A stretch of DNA of 64,000 nucleotides. It comes from Eledone cirrhosa. Its lineage: Eukaryota. Positions 39,471-53,276 of this stretch are shown here, piece by piece. The notes beneath the pieces were generated by a model that was given only the letters and a program-made list of their open reading frames with translations, was not told the origin of the DNA and ran no database searches. Both the position numbers and the translations under genes were made by a program. The stretch is taken from positions 136,959-200,958 of the forward strand of contig CAXHJY010001394.1 in assembly GCA_964016885.1 (NCBI GenBank), given 5' to 3'. Position 1 is the first letter of the stretch, and every line of letters starts with the position of its first letter.

Positions 39471-40279
39471 ACTGGGTGTATTTTAGTGGGCAGTAATTCC
39501 ATAAAGAACACAGTATAATCTGTGGACACAAGCCTTGCAGTGTGATTACAGGCAGGTTAATGGGAAAGATAGATTATATATGTGACATGATGTACATGAG
39601 AAGTGAGGACACAGACCACACATGAAATAGATTCCTACAACTGTCAGGGAGGCTCCCTAGAATTACAGATGACATATTTCAATATCTCGGTGATCAAGTT
39701 AGCAGTGGAGGAAGAATCTCTAAAAGTGTAATACCCAGGATAAGGACAGGCTGGAAGAAGTTTAGAGTACTGTTCCATCTGTTGACAACAAAGGGCTTCT
39801 CTCTCAGAATGGAGGCTAGACTGCTTGATACTTATGTGTGGTCTGCAATCTACACCCCAGCCATGCCCCTTCCACTACCACTCCTTAGCTATTTCTCTCC
39901 ATTAATACTCCTCACATTTCAAGCAGTTTTCTCATCTCAATGAAAGAAAAATATTGGGCTCAAGAGAAGTCTTCAGTTATGCCATGGTGTGGCAACCTCC
40001 CTAGGGTTGGGCAGAGTGTAAATGAGAGTGAAATTAGGTATGAGAGGGATCATATGCAGTATACAAGAGAGTAGATTACATTGGTATGGTCATGTGATGG
40101 GTATAAAGGATGACAGCTGTATAAAAATGTGCTGGGCAATCAAAGTTGATGGAAGTTATGAAGGCGGAAGACCCAGGATGACCTGGGATGAGGTGATAAA
40201 AGATGACTTTGCACAATTGCAACTCTCAAAGACAATGACACAGGATAGAGATCTTGAGATGTATGCAGCAATACAGAAG
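39471..40279 (+). pseudogene. Decayed RTE LINE C-terminus (copy)
   Basis: Copy of 480-1288 at +38991. Confidence 0.85.
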
Positions 40280-43200
40280 GCCCTGTGCGTCGATCGTGGG
40301 CCGGCCGGATGTTGACGGATCGATGTGTAATTAGAAGTACATGTGCGGACACTCATTGGCTGTGCGTGGTATGCATTTCAGCAAGATATCTCCGTAACAT
40401 CAAGAGTTATGGCTGTGGAGGCACACCTAGTCAAACGTAAACAAGCTCTGGAGCGTATACGCTTCGCGATTTTGTTTACGTTTGACTAGGTGTGCCTCCA
40501 CAGCCACAACTCTTGATGTTACGGAGATATCTTGCTGAAATGCATACCACGCACAGCCAATGAGTGTCCGCACATGTACTTCTAATTACACATCGATCCG
40601 TCAACATCCGGCCGGCCCACGATCGACGCACAGGGCCGGATGGCCCGTTTGCAGTGAATTTTCACCGGAATCGATCTGTAATTACTGGTACATGTGCGGA
40701 CACACATTTGCTGTGTGTGGTGTGATTTTCACGAAAAACTGCCCATGCTAAATGAGGAAGCTGAAGTCCGCCGGCGAATGGTGTGCTTCGAAGAAAACTA
40801 ATTCGAAAATGACCGTTTGCAGGCGGAGTAACCTTTTCGATCGTGGGCCAGCCGCCCGTGGTGGGATACATCTGTAATTACTGGTACATGTGCGGACACA
40901 CATTTGCTGTGTGTGGTGTGATTTTCGAGAAAGACTGCCCATGCTAAATGAGGAAGCTGAAGTCCGCCGGCGAATGGTGTGCTTCGAAGAAAACTAATTC
41001 GAAAATGACTATTTGCCGGCGGAATCACCTTTTCGGTCCTGGTCCGGCCGGATCTTGCCGGATCGATCGGAAATTTGTGGACCATGTTCGGAAGGCCATT
41101 GTGCATGTGTGGTGAAAAAAATTTGTGTCGAAATCTTCTCGGAAAATAACGGATCGCCGGCGGAGATTGCCATTTCGATCGTGGGCCGGCCGGATCTTGT
41201 CGGATCGATTCGGACATATGTGCATCGTGTTCGCAAGGCCCTTGTCTATGTGTGGTGTGATTTTCATAAAGAAATTCCGAAAAACCCAGTTTTAAATCTG
41301 ATTTCGCCAAAGAATTTTGGCTATCAGATCGGGTTGAAAGGTATGGTTTCAGGTCGATCTGAAAGTCTAAAATGGAATTCACTCGGTTAGCTAACTTTTG
41401 ATATATCGGAGATATCTTTCTGAAAATCACACCACACACTCCCAATGAGTGTCTGCACATGTACCAGTAATTACAGATGGATCCCACCACGGGCGGCCGG
41501 CCCACGATCGAAAAGGTTACTCCGAAGCACACCATTCGCCGGCGGAATTCATTTAGCATGGGCAGTTTTTCTCGAAAATCACACCACACACAGCCAATGA
41601 GTGTCCGCACATGTACCAGTAATTACAGATGGATCCCACCACGGGCGGCTGGCCCACGATCGAAAAGGTTACTCCGCCTGCAAACGGTCATTTTCGAATT
41701 AGTTTTCTTCGAAGCACACCATTCGCCGGCGGACTTCAGCTTCCTCATTTAGCATGGGCAGTTTTTCTCGAAAATCACACCACACACAGCAAATGTGTGT
41801 CCGCACATGTACCAGTAATTACAGATCGATTCCGGTGAAAATTCACTGAAAACGGGCCATTCTGCCCTGTGCGTCGATCGTGGGCCGGCCGGATGTTGAC
41901 GGATCGATGTGTAATTAGAAGTACATGTGCGGACACTCATTGGCTGTGCGTGGTATGCATTTCAGCAAGATATCTCCGTAACATCAAGAGTTATGGCTGT
42001 GGAGGCACACCTAGTCAAACGTAAACAAGCTCTGGAGCGTATACGCTTCGCGATTTTGTTTACGTTTGACTAGGTGTGCCTCCACAGCCACAACTCTTGA
42101 TGTTACGGAGATATCTTGCTGAAATGCATACCACGCACAGCCAATGAGTGTCCGCACATGTACTTCTAATTACACATCGATCCGTCAACATCCGGCCGGC
42201 CCACGATCGACGCACAGGGCCGGATGGCCCGTTTTCAGTGAATTTTCACCGGAATCGATCTGTAATTACTGGTACATGTGCGGACACACATTTGCTGTGT
42301 GTGGTGTGATTTTCACGAAAAACTGCCCATGCTAAATGAGGAAGCTGAAGTCCGCCGGCGAATGGTGTGCTTCGAAGAAAACTAATTCGAAAATGACCGT
42401 TTGCAGGCGGAGTAACCTTTTCGATCGTGGGCCAGCCGCCCGTGGTGGGATACATCTGTAATTACTGGTACATGTGCGGACACACATTTGCTGTGTGTGG
42501 TGTGATTTTCGAGAAAGACTGCCCATGCTAAATGAGGAAGCTGAAGTCCGCCGGCGAATGGTGTGCTTCGAAGAAAACTAATTCGAAAATGACTATTTGC
42601 CGGCGGAATCACCTTTTCGGTCCTGGTCCGGCCGGATCTTGCCGGATCGATCGGAAATTTGTGGACCATGTTCGGAAGGCCATTGTGCATGTGTGGTGAA
42701 AAAAATTTGTGTCGAAATCTTCTCGGAAAATAACGGATCGCCGGCGGAGATTGCCATTTCGATCGTGGGCCGGCCGGATCTTGTCGGATCGATTCGGACA
42801 TATGTGCATCGTGTTCGCAAGGCCCTTGTCTATGTGTGGTGTGATTTTCATAAAGAAATTCCGAAAAACCCAGTTTTAAATCTGATTTCGCCAAAGAATT
42901 TTGGCTATCAGATCGGGTTGAAAGGTATGGTTTCAGGTCGATCTGAAAGTCTAAAATGGAATTCACTCGGTTAGCTAACTTTTGATATATCGGAGATATC
43001 TTTCTGAAAATCACACCACACACTCCCAATGAGTGTCTGCACATGTACCAGTAATTACAGATGGATCCCACCACGGGCAGCCGGCCCACGATCGAAAAGG
43101 TTACTCCGAAGCACACCATTCGCCGGCGGAATTCATTTAGCATGGGCAGTTTTTCTCGAAAATCACACCACACACAGCCAATGAGTGTCCGCACATGTAC

Positions 43201-44966
43201 CAGTAATTACAGATGGATCCCACCACGGGCGGCTGGCCCACGATCGAAAAGGTTACTCCGCCTGCAAACGGTCATTTTCGAATTAGTTTTCTTCGAAGCA
43301 CACCATTCGCCGGCGGACTTCAGCTTCCTCATTTAGCATGGGCAGTTTTTCTCGAAAATCACACCACACACAGCAAATGTGTGTCCGCACATGTACCAGT
43401 AATTACAGATCGATTCCGGTGAAAATTCACTGAAAACGGGCCATTCTGCCCTGTGCGTCGATCGTGGGCCGGCCGGATGTTGACGGATCGATGTGTAATT
43501 AGAAGTACATGTGCGGACACTCATTGGCTGTGCGTGGTATGCATTTCAGCAAGATATCTCCGTAACATCAAGAGTTATGGCTGTGGAGGCACACCTAGTC
43601 AAACGTAAACAAGCTCTGGAGCGTATACGCTTCGCGATTTTGTTTACGTTTGACTAGGTGTGCCTCCACAGCCACAACTCTTGATGTTACGGAGATATCT
43701 TGCTGAAATGCATACCACGCACAGCCAATGAGTGTCCGCACATGTACTTCTAATTACACATCGATCCGTCAACATCCGGCCGGCCCACGATCGACGCACA
43801 GGGCCGGATGGCCCGTTTTCAGTGAATTTTCACCGGAATCGATCTGTAATTACTGGTACATGTGCGGACACACATTTGCTGTGTGTGGTGTGATTTTCAC
43901 GAAAAACTGCCCATGCTAAATGAGGAAGCTGAAGTCCGCCGGCGAATGGTGTGCTTCGAAGAAAACTAATTCGAAAATGACCGTTTGCAGGCGGAGTAAC
44001 CTTTTCGATCGTGGGCCAGCCGCCCGTGGTGGGATACATCTGTAATTACTGGTACATGTGCGGACACACATTTGCTGTGTGTGGTGTGATTTTCGAGAAA
44101 GACTGCCCATGCTAAATGAGGAAGCTGAAGTCCGCCGGCGAATGGTGTGCTTCGAAGAAAACTAATTCGAAAATGACTATTTGCCGGCGGAATCACCTTT
44201 TCGGTCCTGGTCCGGCCGGATCTTGCCGGATCGATCGGAAATTTGTGGACCATGTTCGGAAGGCCATTGTGCATGTGTGGTGAAAAAAATTTGTGTCGAA
44301 ATCTTCTCGGAAAATAACGGATCGCCGGCGGAGATTGCCATTTCGATCGTGGGCCGGCCGGATCTTGTCGGATCGATTCGGACATATGTGCATCGTGTTC
44401 GCAAGGCCCTTGTCTATGTGTGGTGTGATTTTCATAAAGAAATTCCGAAAAACCCAGTTTTAAATCTGATTTCGCCAAAGAATTTTGGCTATCAGATCGG
44501 GTTGAAAGGTATGGTTTCAGGTCGATCTGAAAGTCTAAAATGGAATTCACTCGGTTAGCTAACTATTGATATATCGGAGATATCTTTCTGAAAATCACAC
44601 CACACACTCCCAATGAGTGTCTGCACATGTCCCAGTAATTACAGATGGATCCCACCACGGGCGGCCGGCCCACGATCGAAAAGGTTACTCCGAAGCACAC
44701 CATTCGCCGGCGGAATTCATTTAGCATGGGCAGTTTTTCTCGAAAATCACACCACACACAGCCAATCAGTGTCCGCACATGTACCAGTAATTACAGATGG
44801 ATCCCACTACGGGCGGCTGGCCCACGATCGAAAAGGTTACTCCGCCTGCAAACGGTCATTTTCGAATTCGTTTTCTTCGAAGCACACCATTCGCCGGCGG
44901 ACTTCAGCTGCCTCATTTAGCATGGGCAGCTTTTCTCGAAAATCACACCACACACAGCCAATGAGT
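40280..44966. repeat. Palindromic satellite array 4: 3 x 1584-bp subunits
   Basis: Same subunit and boundaries; centres 40458, 42042, 43626. Confidence 0.97.
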
Positions 44967-45041
44967 TTAAAATACTCACCGTTTGATTTGGAAAAACTTA
45001 AAATGCTCACATATATATGTGTATGTATTTATCTATGCATG

Positions 45042-45087
<46 letters not shown>

Positions 45088-47026
45088 TGTATTTATCTAT
45101 GTATTTATCTATATGCATGGATATATATATATATATATATATTTATCTATGTATTTATCTATATGCATGGATATATATATATATATATATATATATGTAT
45201 TTATCTATGCATGTATGAATATATAAAATATATATATATATATATGTGTGTATGTATTTATCTATGCATGTATGAATATATAAAATATATATATATATAT
45301 ATATGTATGTATTTATCTATGCATGTATATATATATAAATATATACATAAATATATATATATATATATGTATTTATCTATGCATGTGTGCATACATATAT
45401 ATATATATATATGTATTTATCTATACATGTATGTATATATATATATATACATATATAAGTATTTATCTATACATGTATGTATATATATATATACATATAT
45501 ATGTATTTATCTATACATGTATGTATATATATATATATATATATATGTATATAAGTATTTATCTATACATGTATGTATATATAAAATATTGTCATGTTTA
45601 CAAAAATATTTTTCTAATATCGTGTTTAATATTTTATATTGTCGTCTGCTTCTCTTCTCACGTGGTTACTAACTCTCTCACCCTCTCTCTCTTTCCCCTC
45701 TCATACAACCCCTTCTTTCTCTTTCTTTCCCCTCTCACACAACCTCTTCTTTCTCTCTCTTTTTGCCAGTCCCTTCTCTCACTCTCTCTCCCTCTTCCTT
45801 TTTTATCTCTTTCTTTCTGTCTCTGTTTCCCTCCTATAGACATTCTCTCTCTCTCTTTCTGCTCTCACTCAGCCTTCTCTCTCTTTCCCCTCTCACACAG
45901 TCTTCTCTCTCTCTCTTTCCCCTCTCACACAGCATTCTCTCTCTCTCTCTCTCTCTTTCCCCTCTCACACAGCATTCTCTCTCTCTCTCTCTCTTTATTT
46001 CCCCTCTCACACAGCCTTCTCTCTCTATCTATCTATCTCTCTCTCTGGAGATTTTTTAACACAAAGTCACACAAGGATTAGAAAAATGGCGATAATCACT
46101 TTGAAAGTAACAATTATGCAATAAATAGTTGTTATTGCCACGTCTCGTATCCTCCTTTGGCAATGTGTAAAATGTTAGCGAGATCGAGTGAACAATACAC
46201 AAGTTATAATACTTTACAGACGGGACTTATACAGTAGATGTAGCAAAATGCGTAGATTACGATTCTTGAGACGAGATTAAAATATACGATTATGGGATAC
46301 TTTAAGAAGACGAGTAGATGTTTGAGTAGATTTAGCTGCTTTTTCTAGCATTTTTAGTTATACTTTGAAGCAAATTTTTTTTGTTACTATTATATTAAAA
46401 GTTATCTGGTTACGTTATTTGACTGGTATTTCTAGCATTTTACAAGGACCACGTGTGTGTTTTATTTGAGGAAGATCTAGTTGTTATTTCTGATATTTTC
46501 TTCATCAAGTTAGTTGCTATTTCCTGCATCCTCTTGAAGACAAGGAATAATAATGAATTAGCTGCTGTTTCTAGTAGGTTCTATGGTAGTGGTGAGCGTG
46601 GGAGGGAGGTTTGACTGCTATTTTTAGCAGGTTCTAAGGCATTGAGGTTTATGTTTTACGAGAGATTTGGCTGTTATTTCTAACATGTTATAATGGAGAG
46701 AGAGAGAGAGAGTATAAGATATACAGAGAGAGGGAGTATAAGATATAGAGAGAGGGGAAACGGCCGATGTTTACGTTGAGAAAACCTAATAAAATGTTAT
46801 AAATGGGTTTATAAAGAATAGAATGAGATAAACAAGACAAAGTTAGATAAAATAAATCAGCTGTAAGGATATTATACGATATATTTATAATATTTTAATA
46901 TATTTTTCCTGGTCGTCTGCTGCCATTGATAGAGAGAGGAGTGGTGGGAGGTAGCCATAACAACCGTGGTAGCAGCACTGAGGTTTGTTTTTAAAGAAGT
47001 GAATACAAGAAAAACAAGCAACTAAG

Positions 47027-47867
47027 AATATTAATCTCTTAAACCCTTCAAGATGTGTATGACAAGAAAGAAGACGTTTTAGAGTCGTATGACATAGATG
47101 ATAACTGGAAATTCTTACGTGACAACTTACTGCAGGCTACTGAAGAAACTTGTGGCTGGAGCAGAGCTCCGACCAGACAGAGAGTGACCTGGTGGTGGGA
47201 CAACACGGTAGATAAGGCCATTAGAGACAAAAGACTAGCATGGAACACTTGAAAAAATGGTGGGAGTAGAGACCGATACACAGCTGCTAAGAGAGAAGCT
47301 AGACGTCAGATGTACTTAGCACGCACGGAGGCTGAGAGTAGGAGGTTTGCCAATGTTCTGTGATGGGAAGATCAGAGGCGTGCGGTGTTCCACATTGCAA
47401 GGCATGGTGTCAGTGTAAATCAGGATGTTGTTGGAGATAAGTGTATCCGGAATGATGCCAGTGTACTTGGTGTCACGAATGATCAAAAAAAGGAGGCCTG
47501 GAAATATCATTATGAGAGGCTGATGAATTGTGGAGAATGAATGGGAGAGAGGGAAACTATCCCCAGTAGACCCAACAGAGGGACCAGCTATTGAGATTGG
47601 GGAATATAGGGTACAAGAGGCAATTAAGGAAATGAAGAATGGCAAGGCTACTGGACTCTAGGGGATAGTTGCTCAGATGCTGAAGGCATCAGAAGTAGGC
47701 ACTAAACTGGTTACACACATCATCAATCAAGCTATATATGGTAGTGTCATACCCAAAGAATGGTGCAGCAGTATTCTCATAAATTGGTACAAAGGTAAAG
47801 GGGATGCTCTGGAGAGGAGCAATTATATGGGCACTTCAATATTTAATGATACAGGTGATAAAACAAC
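47027..47867 (+). pseudogene. Decayed RTE LINE mid fragment (copy)
   Basis: Copy at +37407. Confidence 0.88.
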
Positions 47868-48936
47868 AACTATAAGGTAAATAAGTCACCTTATGTTATT
47901 TACAAACATTAACGTCCACCTTAATATGAAATAATCACCATAAAAGAGGAAGCGAGGGCATCGGCTACCGGCACCCGGGCTGCTCTCTCATCCTGAGTGG
48001 GATCTTCCAGCGTTGATGCATCACCACGTTGATGTAAAACTTGGTTTTTCACTTTGGGATAATACACGTATTTGCAACTTATTTATGTTTATTTACGTTG
48101 AGCGTAATCGATTTGTTTCCATATCTCCACGCGTTTTATTTCATAGTCATAGTTATAAAATTAGAAAACTTTCTTTAAAAAAAACAAATTAACGCGGGTA
48201 ACTACAAGATAACCTTGTTTTGTAATACTGGCAGACATTGAAGATTCTTTATGGATGGTTGATACTCAGCTGCCAGGAACACAGGATGTGGCAGAGGGTA
48301 TAAGATTTGCCTGCTATTTCTAGCAACTTCAATGACCACATAATTGGTTTGTAATTTTGTTTTAAAGTGTAAGGGTTTACACAGCCATTTATGAATTTCT
48401 AAGAGATACGTTTACGATGAGATACACTTATTAAAAATACTTTCATTGCATAGTTCCGTTTGTAAAGGCTTTAATTTACTGTACTACTCGGGAACCTTTT
48501 AATAACACACAGGATTAAGTCCATGTTTGTTCAACCAATTAATGGTATCTGCTGTAGTAGGGGTAACGATGGAAATATGGCGATGATTAACTCCACCCTG
48601 GGGTATAATGTAGAATTCATATTTTTCAACTTGCCCATACGTGTATTATCCCAAAGTGAAAAACCAAGTTTTACATCAACGTGGTGATTTCAAAGTTTAT
48701 TTATTTACACATGGTGGTGGGGGGGGATACGGAAATAAACGAAGGTTGACGAATGACGTCACATTCTTCTACTTTCACTTCTGACAGCCAATTCCGTTGT
48801 AGTGCCATATATAAACATGATGGTCACGGCTGGAACAACTTTAATTATAGGTCTGCTCAATCATACTAACATGGGATTTAAATTGAGCAAAGTTGGAGTT
48901 GTCTCCCTTGGTACTTTACTACGCTACGTTTGTTTA

Positions 48937-51900
48937 TATATATCATCATCATCATCTTCAACATTATCATTTAACGTTCATTGTTATCACACCTGCATGG
49001 GTTATACAGGTTGTCACGTTATGAGACATGTCAGGTGTGGAGACCAGGTCTCATATGGATGTGTATTTTGGTTTGGTTTCTAAGGCTGGATGCCCTTCTT
49101 AACACGAAACACGTTACAATGTGGACTGCACACTTTTGTATGACCACCTTACAGGATGAACTGGGTGTTTTTATTGTTGTAGCATCAACGAGGTGTGTGG
49201 GATATTTAGCAGGTGAGGGCAGGGCCTTATGAATAGGAAGGGGTGATGAGAAGATTGGTGAAGACTAGTGTGTTCTCTACATGTTTGTTTTATTTCATTT
49301 TCAGCACATGGGAGGGGGGGGGGGTCTTCTACATTACAGCATGACGCCAGAGATCTCGATCCTGTGACATTTCCATTGAGAGGTTTAATTGGGCAAGGCG
49401 AGCTTTTATTATTTCATCCCAAGCTTTCCTAGGTCTTCCCCTTTCATAGTTAACATCGACTTTGACAACCCTGCACCTTGTTATACAGCTGTCACCTTCC
49501 ATATACATCACATGTCCAAACCACCACAATCTCCTCTCCTCTACACTGCATCTGACCTCTCTTATACCTAGTTTCTCTCTCAGTTTATTAATGCTTGTTG
49601 TTCATGCACACTATTACACATCTATCAGATCCTGTAAACTTCATTTCTTTCCAGTCTTTATAGGTCCTCTGAATATATTGCCCTGGTCTCACTTCAATGT
49701 AACATTGCTGTTTGTACACAGACTTCATACAATCTGCCTTTCACTTTCAGGGGAAATCATTTTGTAGGCATCAGTAGTAGTAGCTCCCTAAACTGTTTCC
49801 ATCCCATTCTCACTCAGGCTACTGTACCTTCAGAACACCCACCTCCACTGTTAATTTGGTTAATTAAGTTAACAGAAATTATGAACCGGTTTCTACAGAG
49901 CCTTCTGGACATTTAACCCTTTAGCATTTAAACCAGCCATACCTAGCCAGAATACTCTCACATCTTTCTGTTCAAACCAGCCATAACTGGCCACTCATAC
50001 TGACGTTAAGGTATTGTTCTCAATATAAATAATATCAAAATCTCATAGATTCGATATTATATGAGATAATTATGTAAGATAAAGCCTTTACCACAAAAAT
50101 ACAATAGTATATATAGAGTAATAAAAATGCTAAAGGGTAAAAGTAGCTTATTATTTTGTGAGCTCTTGCTACTTATTGCTCTTGTGCATCAAGAACATAC
50201 ACAGCTTACATTTTGTTGCTAATCTCACTGAGATCCAACTACATCTCTTGTTTATCCATAGTTTGGAATTTCTACCTACTCCTTTCCTTTAGAATGATCA
50301 AGGCCATTTTCTTGTGGGGATCTAGGCCCTGTTTTCCTTTCTATTTTGCCAAGTTATCTTACATCACTTTCATTCTAGACCATGCTTCCAGGTTTGGAAT
50401 TTCTCCTCTAATTTTACCACAGATTAAGTGACAAGGGTTCAATCATGTGCATACAGGAGTTCCCATGGACAGCCAGTAATATGTAATAGCCTGCAGGATG
50501 ATAATAAACAGAAGAGGGTTAATTACAGAGCCCTGATAGAGGGTTAATAACAGAGCCCTGATAGACTTGTTCACTCAACTCCTCACTATAGCCATCATTA
50601 CTTTTAACCTTACTGACTGCTCCTCCATACATGGCTTTTACTGCTCTCACAAGCCACTCATATACCCCTAGTTTTCTAAGTTATACACCAGATTATGGAA
50701 GGGGGAAGTCTCACAGAAGCTCTCTCTGGGTCAACAAATGCCAAGTAGAGGGGCTTATTTTAGCTAGGTACTACTCTTGCAGTTGCCACACAAGGAAGAG
50801 GACATCAGTGGTACTTTTACCTGGCACAAATCCAAACTTCATCTCATCTAGGTTAACTTGGTCCCTAATCAGCTGTGTTATAAATCTAACACCTTCATGA
50901 AGTGGTCCATCTAATATTTCTATAGTTTTCTAGCTCTAGTACATCTCCTTTGCCCTTGTAGCAGTTGATGATGATGATACTACACCATTTATTTGGTATG
51001 ACACCATTTTGTATTACATGCTGTACGATACCAGTGGTTAAGATGTGACCCACCACCCCAGATACTTTCAGTATCTCAGCAACTATCACCAATGGACAAG
51101 ATACTTTCTCTGTCTTCATATCCTTAATTACCTTACTACACTACTGCTTACTTGTATGGCTGGACCCTCTGTTGGGCCCACTTTCCGTAGACTATCTTCC
51201 TCCCATGCATTCTCCTCATTCAGTAATCTTTCATAAAGGCATTTCCATGTTACAAAGGTTGGCTGAAAAGTTCATAGACTATCAATGATAGCATGATGCT
51301 AGAGCTGTGAAATCTTGCCTGCATTAATTTCAACTCTTCTTATTAATAACTGCATTGTTTCCTTCCAGGGACTATGTTGAAAAATAAACCTCATTTGGTC
51401 ATTCCATGAGTGTATCTTGGTCTGCCTATGAACTTTTCAGCTGACCCTATTCAGCATCAGTGAGCCCAAATGCCCCATTATCATCCTGGACACACTTTAC
51501 CCCAACATCACAATTTGCCCTCACACACTGCCTCACAATCCTGAACATCTCATGTATTTCATCCTCACATCATAAAACCAACTGAAATTATATATTCTCT
51601 GCTTCCCTCCTTGCAAAGAATACTTCTTGCCTAGCTTCCTGTAGTGTACCCTCCAGCTGCCTCCATTCTGCCATTATTCCATGCCTGTCTCTTGGCCTTA
51701 ACTGTCTCATCTACCCTAGTGTTTCACCACCAAGATACTCTCCTCTCTGAAGCCCTGCTCCAGCCACAGATCTAGTTTGACACCTTCAGCAAAGGTTCTT
51801 TAAGGAACTCCCACTGTTCCCCTATATTGTATGTTTCTATTTGTTCTTCCTTACTGTTGTAAAGATCAAACAAAATATCTCTAAATTTGGAACTGGCTGA

Positions 51901-52142
51901 GGGGTCCTTTAACTTCCATATCCTTCTCCTCCAAGTTGCCCTCAGTCTTCAAGTTCATCTAAGTCTATGAAATCACTAACTACTGGGTTATGTTGGGAGG
52001 TGCATTCTTCCCCAGGGGGTGGGGATTGTGTGTTTACAAATGTCAATATCTCATCTTCTGGTGAGGATAAAAATCTGACTGGCATGCTCCTCTGACCAAT
52101 AGGTGTTGAAGTGGTTGTCGGGTAAACGTTAAGACCCTCTGA
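48937..52142 (-). pseudogene. Long decayed RTE LINE (copy)
   Basis: Copy at +37407. Confidence 0.88.
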
Positions 52143-52467
52143 TATACATATATATATATATACTAGCAGTGGTACCCGGCGTTGCACGGGATAACGTATT
52201 TCGGAACGCGGGCCGCCATCTTCCACTTCAGCCGGTCGCCCTAAAGTGTTGGCTATTCAGTCTACTTGAGGCCAGTTGGTGAGGGGGGGTAAAGCTTTCA
52301 GTGTGCTACTACCCTCACGGTCAAATAGAAAGGGAGAGGAAGAAAAGTCAGCGTTAATATCGTGCTACACGTTTGAAAGGTTGGATGACCTTAGAGTTCA
52401 CCAGGGTGGGGGGTTCTAAAAGTATCTATCTTGGTATTTTATCTTAGAAGTAATCATTACAGAGTGT

Positions 52468-53276
52468 ACTGGGTGTATTTTAGTGGGCAGTAATTCCATA
52501 AAGAACACAGTATAATCTGTGGACACAAGCCTTGCAGTGTGATTACAGGCAGGTTAATGGGAAAGATAGATTATATATGTGACATGATGTACATGAGAAG
52601 TGAGGACACAGACCACACATGAAATAGATTCCTACAACTGTCAGGGAGGCTCCCTAGAATTACAGATGACATATTTCAATATCTCGGTGATCAAGTTAGC
52701 AGTGGAGGAAGAATCTCTAAAAGTGTAATACCCAGGATAAGGACAGGCTGGAAGAAGTTTAGAGTACTGTTCCATCTGTTGACAACAAAGGGCTTCTCTC
52801 TCAGAATGGAGGCTAGACTGCTTGATACTTATGTGTGGTCTGCAATCTACACCCCAGCCATGCCCCTTCCACTACCACTCCTTAGCTATTTCTCTCCATT
52901 AATACTCCTCACATTTCAAGCAGTTTTCTCATCTCAATGAAAGAAAAATATTGGGCTCAAGAGAAGTCTTCAGTTATGCCATGGTGTGGCAACCTCCCTA
53001 GGGTTGGGCAGAGTGTAAATGAGAGTGAAATTAGGTATGAGAGGGATCATATGCAGTATACAAGAGAGTAGATTACATTGGTATGGTCATGTGATGGGTA
53101 TAAAGGATGACAGCTGTATAAAAATGTGCTGGGCAATCAAAGTTGATGGAAGTTATGAAGGCGGAAGACCCAGGATGACCTGGGATGAGGTGATAAAAGA
53201 TGACTTTGCACAATTGCAACTCTCAAAGACAATGACACAGGATAGAGATCTTGAGATGTATGCAGCAATACAGAAG
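52468..53276 (+). pseudogene. Decayed RTE LINE C-terminus (copy)
   Basis: Copy of 480-1288 at +51988. Confidence 0.85.
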